Assembly: GCA_051294375.1 (NCBI GenBank)
Contig: CM119265.1
Span: 14,396,414 to 14,460,413 of the forward strand
Direction of reading: 5' to 3'
Source of the DNA: Paraspadella gotoi
Taxonomy: Eukaryota > Animalia > Chaetognatha
DNA: 64,000 nucleotides
Below the pieces are notes generated by a model. It was not told the DNA's origin. It saw only the letters and a program-made list of their open reading frames with translations, and searched no databases. Every line of letters starts with the position of its first letter. Position 1 is the first letter of the stretch. Below are positions 44,127-57,901 of this stretch, piece after piece. Made by a program: the position numbers and the translations under genes.

Positions 44127-47100
44127 ATGGGGAGCGTTGATGCTCAAAACTGCTCCCTACCGTCCCACCACCACCATAACGCCTCGCATGATTCTCTCTT
44201 ACACCCCCGCTCGTCTTCCCGCGCGCCACCGCCGCCCTTGACGCCTTCGCTTCTCAAGCCTCGCCTTAAATTCGACCCCGTCACATTCTCTTCGCCGATG
44301 GAGACAGTGGGCGAGACTTCCGCCCCCGACGATGCGGAAGGCGCCTCGCTGCCCCGCGTCTCTTTCCCCACCCCTTCTCCTTCGCTTCCCCGGCCCGGCC
44401 ATTCGCGATATTTTATCGACTCTCGCAACTTCAGGTAAGTTTTTTTTTCGTGTCACACGGATATAGATTACGAATGTGGCGTGACTGAGAAATCAAAAAA
44501 ATTATTAAAAAAATGACTTTTATGAAATAATAAAAAAGTCTTTAGAATATTAAGTATTACAATCGATGGGAGGTGAGCAGAGCCACTGGTACGCGAACTA
44601 GGGCTATTTTAAATAATAAGCTATTATTAACGAAATCTGTCAAATTGTTACTCTTCAGATGAGCAGTTTATTCTAAACTCTTCACGTTTATTTTGTTTTT
44701 CGCCTATTCATCGTTTCCGTCGTCTGCTGTGAAATCAAATTAATTTCTCGCTCATCCGTTACGCCCTTGGGACGCAAAAACGTCAGTTATAATTTAGTTC
44801 ATCGTTTTTCAATATTTTTACCTATTTCTGCTAGAAACTATTTTAACTGATTTAACGTAATAATGATTTCGGATTATGCATGTGATAGTCGTCATTACTA
44901 CTGTTATATACGGCGTTTTATATTTTTAAGGTGTCGTAAAAGTTAGGAAAAATTGTAATAAAATTTTGAATTTAATCGATTTTCTAGGTTATGGTCGGAT
45001 TAATTTGATTTGATTTGTAATGCACATAAATGTGACAATTAACACATTGACAATAAAAATCGTTAAAGAGCGGTACATGAAACTATGTACATAAATAGGT
45101 ATATATATACAATTATATATACATACATACATACAATTATACATATACACAAGTCTACGCAATAGATTACAAATATTGTGAGTTGGATAAAATTATATCC
45201 GTTTGGAATATCAAATATATCAAAATTCAATATAAATGCCTGACGACCGGTTATAAGTTATAATTCGGTACGGCCCGGTCGGTCAGCTGGGCCCGTCTGC
45301 TCTCCGTCGGCTGCGGAAAGAAGTTGCATGTAAAAAAAGACATTAACATTAACATAGAATATAAACACTCATTAAACAGTCATCATTCACATTTTGGACT
45401 GGATTGGAACCACTCAATGCTTTCCTGTTTCTATTACGTTCTATTGCGTTTCATTGTGAATAATTGTGATTTTTATTTTTGTCGGATATAGATGTTTTAG
45501 TTGCTTGCCAGTAAAAGCTTTGATTATTTTATTAAGGAACCCATTTAATATCAAGACGATTTCAAGTGACATAAGAAACATTTACTATTAACTTTTTGGT
45601 GCCGCTGTCCCCCCAGGTTCAAGGGTGGTTTCTGTCCCGACGTCTTCTCCCTCTCCGCTAGGTCGAGGAGGGGGTCTTTTCATCAATTATGACCTTTAAC
45701 TCTTCCTTATGTTTAGAAAAAAAAAGGTAAAACAAGTTTTTAGCCGGATCTGCTTAAAGCAGATTCCGGCTCTATAATTCACTTTGTCGGTCCGCCCCCT
45801 CAATCTTGTCGGTCATTCACTTAAATCATGACAGAATATTGAATTGTGCAAAAAAAGATGCCCGTCTGTCTGTCCATGCGTCCGCCCGTCCGTCCGTACC
45901 CCCTTAGCTTTGAACGCCAATTATTGGAAGGAGCAATTGAATTGAAATTTTGTACATATGTGGTTAGAAAAGTGTGTGATTGAGCAGGAAATCAAGTTTC
46001 GATGGAATTGTCTAAATGGATTTAGTTAAAATGGAGAAAACAAAATTCTATTTCTCTATTTGTTTTTTTTATATTAAATGTAAATTTAAGCTGCATTAAT
46101 TATTAATAAATTAGTAATTAATTAATTAATATTTATTTTGTAATTAATTAATTTGGTGATCGAATTGTTTTGTGATTGAGAGTCGAGACAAAATGGAAAA
46201 CGATTAAGACACAAAAAAAAATTAATTAATTAATTATCTGATCAGCTGCTTACCGCTCATGATCGTGGGCAGATCCGGCATTGTTTGCTCAAACTCGTTT
46301 CATTACTGTCGTAATAATTTATATGTTTCTATTTGGCACAAAAGTTTTCATCGTCAAATGCAACATTGTGAATCTTATTTATTGTCAGCTGATACGCATT
46401 GAAGTAGAGCTATTATGACATTTTATGCTAAATTCCTGAAGCTTTTTTGTTTACATTAACTTTTAGCCGGATCTGCTTATCGAAAATTTCGACTTTGATT
46501 CAATTTTTCGTTCTGTCGGTCGCCCCCCATAGTTTGATCGTGCAGTTTCGTATAGCATTTTAAAACATCAAATTATGAAAAAAAGTCAATATTTTGGTCG
46601 TCCGTCCCCATTAGCTCGGTGGATTTGGACAATTGACTTGAAATTTTGTGTGTGGGTAAAGAAATGTGTGATTGAGCTGTAAATCAAATTTTGATAGAAT
46701 TGTTTAAATGGAAATAAGTTTAAATAAAAAAGCAAGACATATTTTACTATTTGATTAGATTTTTTTGGTTAAATATCGAAACTCTAATAATAATTACACA
46801 ATCACCACAACTACTACTAAACAATGACCACAACAACCACAATGTCCACAATTACCATATCACTACTTCTAAAAACCATAACTTTTATAATTTAATAATT
46901 ATACGTAGTGGTTATAGTTATTTAATTTATTTATTTATTAATTACACTTCCATTGACGTCTTAAAGTTAAACATATAAAAAAACTATTTTAGAACTAAAA
47001 TTGATAAATTTTCGCTAATTAAGCATTGTTTGAAAATGCATGGTTCGTTTTACTTCCAATTTTCCTAAATTATTCCAAATCTGACTTGAACTGCTGATGT

Positions 47101-50100
47101 TCATAAACCTGAAAATTAAGGAATACTAATATTTTTGTGGTAATAAATACGTTTTTGTGGAAGAGTAAACGACTAAACGTCTGTACAACTGATCAAAACA
47201 AAAATAGGGGGCCCATATCTTGGCTCAGAGGTCAAATATTGAAATTCGCCTCAATAGTTTTATTTGTATTCACATAGGGATCGTTCATACCATATTTCAA
47301 TAAATTTGGTCCTGTTGTTTTTGTGGAACACATTCTGGCAAAAAAAAAACCTCATTTTATAAGATGAAACCTTCTGATTAGTTGCTTACCGCTAAATTAT
47401 TATTATATGAGCAGATCCATGATTGTTTGCTCAAACTTGTTTACTGTACGTATGTTGGACGTTTTTTAAAGTTCGCATTACTGTGGAGTTTTTTTAATAA
47501 AAAAAAAAATTAGTAAAAAAAATGATTTTATTATTAAATTCCAAAACAAACGTAGACATAGTAAAAATTTTTGTTCTGATCTTAAACAGAGATATTTAAA
47601 GATATGAGTGCGCTTTCTCGCCCTCCCCTGCCCTCCCCTTTGCTATTTCTATTTTATTTTTTTCTCTTTCTCTTTCTGTCTATTTTTTTTTAACTCATTA
47701 TTCGCTAGAAACATATTTTAAAGACGTCACGGTTTAGTTTTTTATTAAACTCCAACTAAAGGGAGGAGAAAAGAATATTTATATATTTTTACTCACTTTT
47801 TTAAGCCAAACGGATGATAATGATTTCGCCAATGCTTCTCCGCGCTCAACTTTACACCCACCCCCCATTGTTGGAGACAACACCAGTGGAGGAAGTGGTA
47901 CCTCCTTGCCTCATACCATCTCCGACGCTAGGTGAGTTCGGAAGGGAAAAACTCATTACTTATGTGCACGTGAAGGGAACTAAGCTTCAGAATTCTCCGG
48001 TTCTTGTCTTCTTATTTTCCGCTTCTCCTTATATTTTGTTTTTGGCGTCGTGCTTATTGAGGACTTGCGCTATCGCGTCTTCGAGAGTTAACTCCACGAT
48101 TTGATTTAACCGATCTTTTTTAGGTATATTTTAGACGCGTTCCTACAGAGACGCTGCTCAAGCCTGTCTCGCTCCGGTCAAGGCTACTTATCTTCCACTC
48201 CGTCCGACGATGAGAATCGCCCCATCTCCCACCCTGATCCCGCTCCGTCCACATCTCTCGGCTCATCCTCCGCTTCAGGTGGGAATCGACGAATCGTGAA
48301 TCGTGATGTGGTATTTTTTTTCGTCGTCATTTACGTCAAATAGCGGGCTTAACGGGTTGCTGAATAATGAATTTTTCTCTTGCACAATGAATAAATGGAG
48401 CATCTGGCTGCCTAAATTTGCTTTCAGTGTCTGTTATCACCACTTTCGCTTTTCACCCCTCCCCCCTATTTTCTATTTTCGCTAACTCCTCTTCCCGTCC
48501 CTTCGCTCCTGCAAACATCACGCGATGATATCGGTTTACGGCTCAGCCTCTTCGAACAAGTCCCCAGTTGCACTGGTAGACGTTACGAAAAGGGTATCCG
48601 TCCAATCGGGCAGAAAAGGAGAGGAAAAAGGAGATGGCCATCCTGCGGAAAAAAACTATGCGCAAAAGAACTATAGGAGAGGTGAAGAAGTTGATGGTCT
48701 TCCTTCTATGCGACGGCCGTCGAGTCCCACCGACAACAACAGCAACACTCTCCCGGCTGCGAATAGACGTCCATCCTCAGCCGGTTCGACCCACATTTCC
48801 TCAACCCTGCCTCGGGGCGGCGTTTTGGAGTCGTGGTCCGCGTCGCCGGCGGCGGTCAATCAAGATAAACCCGGAGACCATCATCCCCGCGAACGACGTC
48901 ACACTAATCTTTTCCAAAACCTCAAGGATTTTACGCATAAGAGACATCGAACGGGGGGAGAAAGCAAAAAGTCCAAGTCGGATTCCGAGGCCCAGACTTT
49001 GTCGGTGCTGACGACACGGCGCCGAGACCCTACCGCCGGTGTCGATTCGCAAGAGTCGGTGGTCAATAGGAAAAAGTCGAAAATGAACAAGGAGAGGTTT
49101 AAAGGGGTTGTCAGGATGATGTCTTTGTCCAAGGAGAAAGATACGAGGTGAGTTATTAACAGTTTTATCATTCATGTTATTCGATAAAGTCTCGATTTTC
49201 TTTTCCTTCTCTGTTGCAGGAAGCATTCGAGGCCGATCGATCGGTCCGCCGAGACCCGCCGACGTTTCGTTTCTAAAGCCACCGTCGACGAGGATCTCGG
49301 AGATTTGACCCAAGTTGGCATTTTTAAAAGCGCCGATGCTGCTCGAAAAAGCGAAGTCGACTTTCGTCGAGGCGGCAAGACCTCCGGAAATTTTGCTGCT
49401 GATCTCGGACCGACGACATATCCCGACACCTTACGTGATTCCAAAGGGCGCCGTATTTCTCGTGATCGTATCAACGCGCAGTGGGACAAAAAAGGCGCCG
49501 TCGTTCGCGCCGATTTTCGGCCGGAGGACGATCCAGGGACGCTCGGCGGAGAAAGCTCGTCTGACGAAGAGGAAGGCGATTCCAAAGGTTTTGCCAGTTT
49601 TAAAAAGTTCTTTCGAGGGACCGTAGGGCTTAACGTTTTCCGGAAGCGAAAGAAAAAGAAAAACGGTGATAATGAGAGAACTGCTCGGGGAACCAGCTGT
49701 CACCCGGCCATCGACGTTACCAAGAAGCCGGCATCAGACGCGGCGCTTGAGGCGCCACTAGCGGAACCAGAAGATTCTAATACCCCCGAACACAAGGTTA
49801 GCAATGTTCCCAGCTCTCTCCCGCCGTCCATGTCGGATTCACAAGTGATGACCGTTGAGCTGGAAGGCATTTTGACAATCGGAGAGGCCCACCAGAAGGA
49901 GACCGTCCGTGATAAGGAAACTCTCATACCAGTGGGCCCTCGAAGATCCCCGAAGCCTTTGGACATCAACAGCCCCAGCGAATCTATCGAGCTGATGGAC
50001 CAGTGCGATAGTCTTCCATTCGATCAGTTGACAGACGAGCAGCGTCAGGCCAAGATTGACAAAGTCGTTGCAAAATTAGAAGAGATTTCTACTAAGATTT

Positions 50101-50828
50101 CTAACTCGCCGACGCCGACCATGGAAACGGCTACCTCCACCTCCGGGTCCGCATCTAGTGAAGTTTCGTCTGCCTATGCTTACGCTATCCTTCAAGGCCT
50201 TCGCGACATCATTCCCTCTTACCCGTTTGGGTCTTCCGCTTCCGAAACTGCGCCCCAGACTACGTCTTTGTCGTCAACAGTAGACAACGGCGATCTACCC
50301 TACACTTTCACTCCGAGCATCCCGGGGACGACAAATCAACCTCCAATTTCCCCCGAATCTGGAGTGGTTATGACTTCCGAGGCCGCCACTCCTGATGGAA
50401 GGGAGGAGCGTCCTCCGACCCAAACCTCGAATCTTGGTCCTCCGGGACCCAGTGGCCGTCGCCGAGCGTCTGTCCCCCGCACGCTGAACCTCGACCTAAA
50501 TCGCCCCGAAGATCGTGCCCTGCTTTACAAGCCAATTTTGCAGGAGCTTCTGCGCCCAACCTCTGAATTCGCCCACTTTTCCAGAATCGCCTCCACTGTT
50601 CTCCAGCCTCTCAATCGTGCCGGTCAATTGGCCAAGTTTTTCGAGATAACTTCTAACGCTGTCCTCATGACCGGATCACCCTCGGATCAGGAGCGGTTAA
50701 AGGAATGGGCCCTCAGATACTTTGAGGAGAACCTTGCTCCCTACATCGTTGATCAGGGATGGGAGTTTGTTTTGGACGAAGGTGGAGGGGCAGAGACGGA
50801 GACTTCGAGGGACTCGGAGCTGGATTAG
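44127..50828 (+). CDS. Large BCL2L12/BCL2L14 (Bcl-G)-like Bcl-2 family protein; exons 44127-44434, 48124-48278, 48547-49147, 49220-50828
   Basis: Splice phases are consistent across the four exons. N-terminal FRYILDAFLQRR resembles BCL2L12 LVLEAFLRR. BH3-like IDKVVAKLEEISTKI and C-terminal BH2 region RYFEENLAPYIVDQGWEFV are present; there is no NWGR (BH1) and no TM tail. Confidence 0.72.
45737..46300 (+). mobile_element. Helentron-associated HINE/DINE-1-like element, full length
   Basis: 5' T-run plus hairpin AGCCGGATCTGC-TTAAA-GCAGATTCCGGCT, a (GTCC/GTCT)n microsatellite, TTGAAATTTTGT, a 3' subterminal repeat GCAGATCCGGC and the palindrome GTTTGCTCAAAC. Confidence 0.8.
46460..47443 (+). mobile_element. 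Second HINE-like copy with a nested insertion
   Basis: Starts TTTTAGCCGGATCTGC and ends GCAGATCC..TTGTTTGCTCAAACTTGTTT. The interior ~46975-47345 resembles 760-880. Confidence 0.7.
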
Positions 50829-52564
50829 CTATTTATTTAAAGTTTCCCCTTTTTCGTTTTACATGGTGGATGTCGATCCGAAGTGAACTTTGTTAGAAAA
50901 AATACGACTCTCTTTAACAGTTTATCAGTCACCCGTCCCTTCCTTGCACTCAGTCACGATTTGCTCATCACTTAGAAATGTTTGAAGTGCCTTTCTCGTC
51001 TCTTGTTAGAAAATTTTTTTTATGGCAGAATAGTTTCCTGGAGTGTTTTTTAAGGTTTTTACCTTTAGCTTTTATTATGGTAGTTTACATTTGTTTCTGC
51101 GGCCTCGTTCTTATAATTAATCGCCTTTTGGCGTCTTATTAATTTAAAGCTTACGTCGAATAGTGGTGCCTTTTTTCAACACATGTAGCTTGTAATTTGT
51201 TTACTAAGATATTTCATTCAACCGATAAAAAATATTTTTACGCCGCTATTTGTTTAATTAGGCTTCATTTTTTAAACAAAATTGGTGGTAATCGATGTTG
51301 ATATGCATTTTATTATTTTCATGTAGGTTAAAAGTTTATGAGAAACTGATTTGAAATTACTAACGGAATCCCAACAAAAAGGGACGACGCAACGAACGTA
51401 AGTACGTATAAGTATTCTTTATTAAAATATATAATACCGAAACACAATCTTAGGACAATTATAATTAGTAATTGTAACTTAATTAGTAACCTATAAAACA
51501 ATTTTGGACGCTATAATCTTTAAAAAAACTCTATTCCCTCTTTATGATTGCGCCCATAAGGAATACGTATGACTGTGTTATTCCGACGATTCACACCGAG
51601 AAAGATGTCAGCTGTTTTTTAACTCAAAAGTCAAATGGTGGTGCGTCCACAGTGCTTCCTTTCAAAAGAGGAGCGTTTTTGATTTATAGTTTTGGCTTAT
51701 CGGCCGTCGCGCATGCCCCGGACAGAGTCTTTTCTCTGGCTGCCCTAAAACCTAAGCTTCTTTCTTAATCTTGTCACGCGTTCGCGCGAATGCGCTTCAT
51801 ACAACTCATTCCATATTCCTCGGGGTCATTTGCACGCATAAGTCACGTCTTCCGTGGTTGCTGGTTTCTGTTACAGTAACGCCGAGTAACGGCACTTAAT
51901 CTAAGTCTTCACAATTTTCCGTCAAGGCCGAAATTATTGGCCACGAACTTAATCTATCTCTTTAAGCGTCCTTTCCCGACTGCAACTAACAATGTCTTAA
52001 GATTTTCATTCCTTTTTTCTTGTTTAAGTTAAGTTAAACCTTATGTATGTATATCATAATAGACATCTTCCCAAGTTGTAAGTTTTTTCTCAAAGGCTCA
52101 GTCCCCGCTCATTCTCTCGCAATAATGGAGCCTCTGGAAATGGAAAAAATTAATTTTGCTTTCCGTATTCTTTCAATAATTTTTTGGTTTCCCTTTTTAC
52201 CCTAGGGTTTACGTTCAATAGTTCATTTAGTTATCCTCTTAATCAGGGGAATGCTTTTTAGTTAGGGAAAATCGTTGAAGTGTTTGGGTTTGTTTACTTT
52301 AGGATGTTCCATCTGTCTTTCACTAATTCTGTGACCCAGTCTCGCGTCGCCTACGTTTTACTTATATATGCATAACGACGCTTTGAGTCAAGAATTGCAG
52401 CCCACTGGCTGCTGAGTACTTACTAACTGGATGAGCCTCGATCTTTTTATACCTGCATCCCTGCTAGTTTTGCCAGGGGTAAAAAACGCGTAACTAGTTG
52501 ATTTGTTCACATGTCTACATAGTATCTTGATCCGAGAAACTTTTACTTATCTCCGTCAATAATA

Positions 52565-53165
52565 TTTTTAGTCGGATCTGCTTATCAGCAGATTCCGACT
52601 CTATAATTCACTTTGTCGGTCCCACCCCAAAATCTTGTTGGTAAATCATTATTATATCAGAACCTCGAATTTTGATAAATTAAACAAAAAAACGTTGTCC
52701 GTCCATCCATCTTTCCATCCCCCGTTAGCAAAAAACTCCAATTTCTCGTGATTGGATGGATGGATTGGAATGAAATTTTGTGTGTGGGTAGCAAAGTGTA
52801 TGATTAAGCTGGAAATCAAGTTTCTTTGGAATCATCTGAGTAGAAATGAGTTTAAATTAAAAAAATAAAAAACCTGTTTCACTAATTGATTATGCTTCTT
52901 TTTTTATATTAAATGTAAATGCAAGATGTAATAATTAATCAATTAGTCATTTAATTAATTAATAATTAATTAATCAGTCAATTAATTATTCAATCAATCA
53001 ATCAAGTCAATTGTTATCAGCATAATTGGCATCGTTGTCGTCATTGCTTTTATCATGGATCAAATTAATTAATTGAAAATTGCCTAATTAATTAATTAAC
53101 TTGAATGAATAAATTAATTGATTAATTACCGCTAATGATCGTGGGCAGATCCGACATTGTTTGTT
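52565..53165 (+). mobile_element. Third HINE-like copy
   Basis: TTTTAGTCGGATCTGC-TTATCA-GCAGATTCCGACT ... GATCGTGGGCAGATCCGACATTGTTTG. Confidence 0.8.
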
Positions 53166-53373
53166 GGTTTGTTGGTTCCCATTCTTTGTAATTGTAATTG
53201 TATTTTCATCTTTTGGGGGATTTGTTGTTTGCCAATAATTAACACAAGATTGCATAGTAATATGAGGGTTTTAAAAAAATTCAATCAGAACTGGGTCAGC
53301 CTCTTTCAAATAAATCCATATTTTTTGGACTACTTTGTCTTTAATTTGAATTTAATGAAATATAGTAAGTTTA

Positions 53374-55208
53374 TATTATTTCGATATGAGTCACAAAATT
53401 TATTTCATGATCTTAAATATAAAAGTTCTTCTCATAATATATAAAAACTTAACTTTATGCATTAGTGCTAATTCTTTAGTTGTAACGTCTGCAAATCCAC
53501 TTTTCACAGAGAAACTGCAGTTTTGAATAATATAATTTTTCCTAATGGTTCATTTTAACAAAACAAACAAAAAAACGCCTCGTGGCAGCCACTAAGTCTT
53601 ATCCATACTGTTTTGAATGGGTCGAACTCTCCATTTATCTTTTTTCGCTCTAGTCTCTTGCTCCCGTCCTTCAAAAAAAAATTCACACGGTACAATTGCT
53701 GGATAAGGTCAAATGGGGAACTCTTTTTAGAGTATGATACTTTCACCTAAATCAGAGGCCAATGATACATTGATAGCTAGTTTATTTCCTGTCTCAAATA
53801 TGATTCCGATTTAAAAAAAAAACGTTTTTTACAAAAAAGTATTTTTTAAAAAAATAATTGACAATTTCTGATTTCATGTTGGGTTAACGATCAAATTAGT
53901 TTTTTTTTTAAATTGACTTGGGTATTTAAGATTTGTCAAGCCAAGCGCGAAGGAAAAAATACGCTTAAAAGATGAATAGATGATCGCGATGTGGCTTTTT
54001 CCTTCTGATTCCATCGCCTTTCGTCCTTCATTCCCTTGCGCGCGGATCTAAGACCGGGAGAAGAGGCATTGAGAAAGAAGGGTTAGTCGTTGGGAGGGGG
54101 GAATATCTTCGTCGTTTCTCCACGGCCCAGTCGCCGTCCGTTTTATGGTCGTCGTTGCAGCCGCACCACGATCGTCAAAGTCATCGTCGTCGCCACACCA
54201 TGGTCGTCGCTGTTGTCGTCGTCTTGGCAACCATGAGTTGCGTGGGTCTTCACGTGATCGCGCTTTTGCCCAGGGATCCGCGCGCGCTTTAGAGGACGAC
54301 GAGATTCGTCAAAGTGAATAAGTTTAACCAATGGGAGACCGACCGAGTCAGGACTCAACCAATAATATTAAAGCTACAAAGGTTTCCCATTCGCTTTTAT
54401 GGAAAAACCGCCAGTTTCCTTCGCAGTCCTCGGTCTCGAAGAATAAAATAGTAGGAAAAAATGGCTATACCACATTTTCACGAAAAGGAAATATAAAACT
54501 GGATGACTTGGATAAATCTAAGTATTGCTGATTCTGTTTAACTTTAAATATTATAAATTGATTATATGCGATATATAACATACACTACAACACTGTTCCA
54601 TTATATTTTGCTGTCACTCAATTTTTCGTTGTTTTTTTCTCATTCCCATTATTTTAAGAAAAAATTAAAACTCAAATTTATAATTTTTTTTGGAAATCAG
54701 ATTATAAATTCTAATTTAGTGTTAAAAAATAATTAATAAAACACCATAAAATGGTTTTAACTTATACGTAAAATTTGTAAATTATACGTAAAATACGTAA
54801 AGTTCATTACCGCCTAATTGCTATCAATCGTTCATAATTTTCATGTCTGTTTAATAGTTCATGGAGTTACATATATTTTTAAAGGCTATATCTTATAGAA
54901 GTGATAATATAAGACTTGAATTTTTTGGTCTATTTTTGGTACTCTTCCGTCACATGATATTTTTCATATCCTTTTTTTAAAATTTCTTGTCTATATTCGC
55001 GATTCTCCCTTTAAAAAAAAATTATTCAATTTGATTATAATATTAAAACTTTTGCGCTCAGACAATAAGTACACACTGCGGTTAAAGAATTGCCACTTTT
55101 TTCACACTACAAAAAACTCCATATTTGATGGCTAAATTTCTATTATTTCGATATGAGTCACAAAATTTATTTCATGATCTTAAATATAAAAGTTCTTCTC
55201 ATAATATA
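53374..55208. repeat. Identical 68-bp direct repeats (53374-53441, 55141-55208) bracketing 1.7 kb
   Basis: TATTATTTCGATATGAGTCACAAAATTT...CTCATAATATA occurs twice. Confidence 0.9.
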
Positions 55209-55921
55209 GAAATATTAGAAAATAAAACTAAGTTCATTTAATAATAAAGCGATTGGTCCAAATCCCATTAAAATCGGACTTGTCTTTTGAAAATTATGGG
55301 ACGCCAAAGATGATGGGTATTGAACTGTATGAGAAAAAATCATTTTCAATCAGCAAGAGTCTATGACTTTCCCTTGCTATAAAACATTACAGAGGGAATT
55401 GGCAGAACAAATTCAGCATCGATTGTTTGTAGGGACAAGTGGGAACCATTCTTATCCTAATATTATCTATATTTATAATTATTTTTTATTTTAATAAAAT
55501 TTTAAAAATAGATTTTATATTTATTTATTTTTATATATATATTATATATATTTTATATATTTATTCTATAGTAGCTTTAAAATTTTTTTATAATAAAAAA
55601 GTGAAGCAAATTTATAGCCCATTTGTTCAGACGGTTTATTCCATTATCATTATTTCAATTCCATATTGTGAGTGTCAGTTAGAAAAGGAAAGGTTAACAA
55701 TCTTTAAAAATCTTTTTTTCAATTCCGTATTAAAACGCTTATATTATGTATGTACGATGAATTCAATCAAATTAAAATGGTGTAGAGAATTAAGCATTTG
55801 ATAATTCAAATATAAATTTTTATTCTTTTTCCATGAATTTAAGAGAAATTATTTACAATTTTTTTTTTATTTCTTTCATTGACAGCTTCAATCACGTACT
55901 TGGCATAATTTCAGTGTTAAA

Positions 55922-57869
55922 ATGATACTTGAAACTGAATCTAGAAGACCTAATGGTAATGCTTAATGTATTGCTTGATGAAGAACGGTAATTTTTATTT
56001 TTTAATTCAATTTTTTAATTTAAATTTTTTTAATTAGATGAATTTTTAAGAAGATATCGGGCACGTAATTTCATTGCGTTTTGGTTATTTGGACTGACAA
56101 ATAATTTTGCTTATGTTGTAATGTTAAGTGCAGCTCATGATATTCTTTCGGGAGCTAAGACCAATACGGTAAGGATCTTTATTTACCTATTTAAAATTTT
56201 ACTGTGAAAAAAAAATATATTGAAGATAAAAAACTGTTAAAAATTATATGGTGGATTTAATTTTAAGTCAGATGACCAGTTTTTCAAGGTTTCAGGCAGC
56301 AACTTATTGTGAGTGCATAACTGTATGTTGATTTTTTTTCTTTCAGACTATGGGAAATGTTACTTTTCATCCTGATTTGGAATTTAAAAACGTTTGTATA
56401 CACATCTGCATTACACTTTTCACATTTTATGACCAAATATAGTTTTATGTATATTTTTTCAGCTCACAAAAAATCGTTTTGATTGCAATTCAATATCAAC
56501 AGGTGCTATATTGTTAGCAGATATTTTACCAAGTTTAAGTGTCAAGATTCTGGCGCCATTTTTCGTTTTTCGCATTCCTTATTATTTTAGAATTTTGTTG
56601 GTAGTTTTTTTTCAGGTGAGTTTTATAAATTAAAATATTCTCAAGTATACATTTAATGTATATGTAATTATGTATGCATTAAATAATTTTATGCTGTTAA
56701 GAAAGAATCTTTTTATTCAGTCCTAGGGAGGTCATAACATATATTAAAACCTATTTACCGGCCAAAAAATATATTTGACAATGAAATAAACCGACTTGTC
56801 TAAGCCGCAACAATTTTTTTTTCATCATGGTAACTTCTATGCCCCCTCAGCAGCCATGGAACGGGTCCTGGGCTTGGAACCAGGCTTGAGGGTTTTCCGC
56901 ACCCCCAAGGGGGCTTACGGCCGTCCTCACGCTTCCCGCAGGATAGGTCCTGGGTTGGGATTTAACCCCGTACCTAGTGGTCATTAGCTGATGGCTTTAC
57001 TCAATTATTCGCTGTGTCAGGACTGAAGGTGTCATGCTTATAGGAAGGGTGAGCTGAGGCAATGCCCGACTACAGAGTTTAAGATTTTACAAAAATGTAT
57101 TTAAAGTTAATTCAAAGAATAAACGTTTGTTGTAATTAAAAAGAGTCGTTTCCTGAAAATTGAGGGATTTTGTATTTATATTATATATATATTTTTGGTA
57201 TTTATATGTTAAAACTTTTATTTATAGGCTGTTAGCTTTCCCATTGTTGCCTACTCCAATACTGTGGGATCTCTTTTTGGTATGCTATTCAATTTTTTTT
57301 ATTTGGAATGATTCCTTGAAAAAATACTTGTTTTAATGATTGATTAGCGATTAAAATGTAATTAGTCTGGTTCTTTGTTAAATAAATAAAAACAAATTAT
57401 AAAGGTTCCCGATTGCGACGATATTGTAACGCTTTTGCGCATAAGTGGCGTCGTCGTCGGCGTTCCAAATTATAGATCGCCTTTTTTATAATTAAATTTG
57501 GGTATATGAAGCTGAAAATTTATATACAGCTTCTCATCATCGATGTGCTTAAAATTGAGTCTGGACAGTTATTAAAAATGTTTTGTTTACGTTTTATCTA
57601 AACAAACAAATTTTCACTTTTATTTTTATATTTCTTTCTCTCTCTTTTTTCTCTTTTAATTACATGTCTCTCTCCCTCTCTCTTTTCCCTCGTCACTGAT
57701 TCATAGAGAAAGGGAAAAGGGAAAAAAAACGAGTCTGCAGCTGGCTCTGCAGGGGCTTATTCTTTTTCTCTCTTTTCTCCTGCTGCTCCTGCTGCTGCCT
57801 TTTGATTTCTTTCTTTTTTTCTGAGTGCCTCTGCTGCTGCCGCTGCTGATTTGTCTGAAAACGATTTGG

Positions 57870-57901
<32 letters not shown>

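Noticed and set aside
51355-52560. Possible LTR relic downstream of the Bcl-like gene
   Set aside because: The termini are degenerate, with no TSD and no second copy.
55439-55801. Hydrophobic F/I/Y-rich ORFs in AT-rich regions as membrane peptides
   Set aside because: Composition is explained by low-complexity AT-rich intergenic and intronic DNA.
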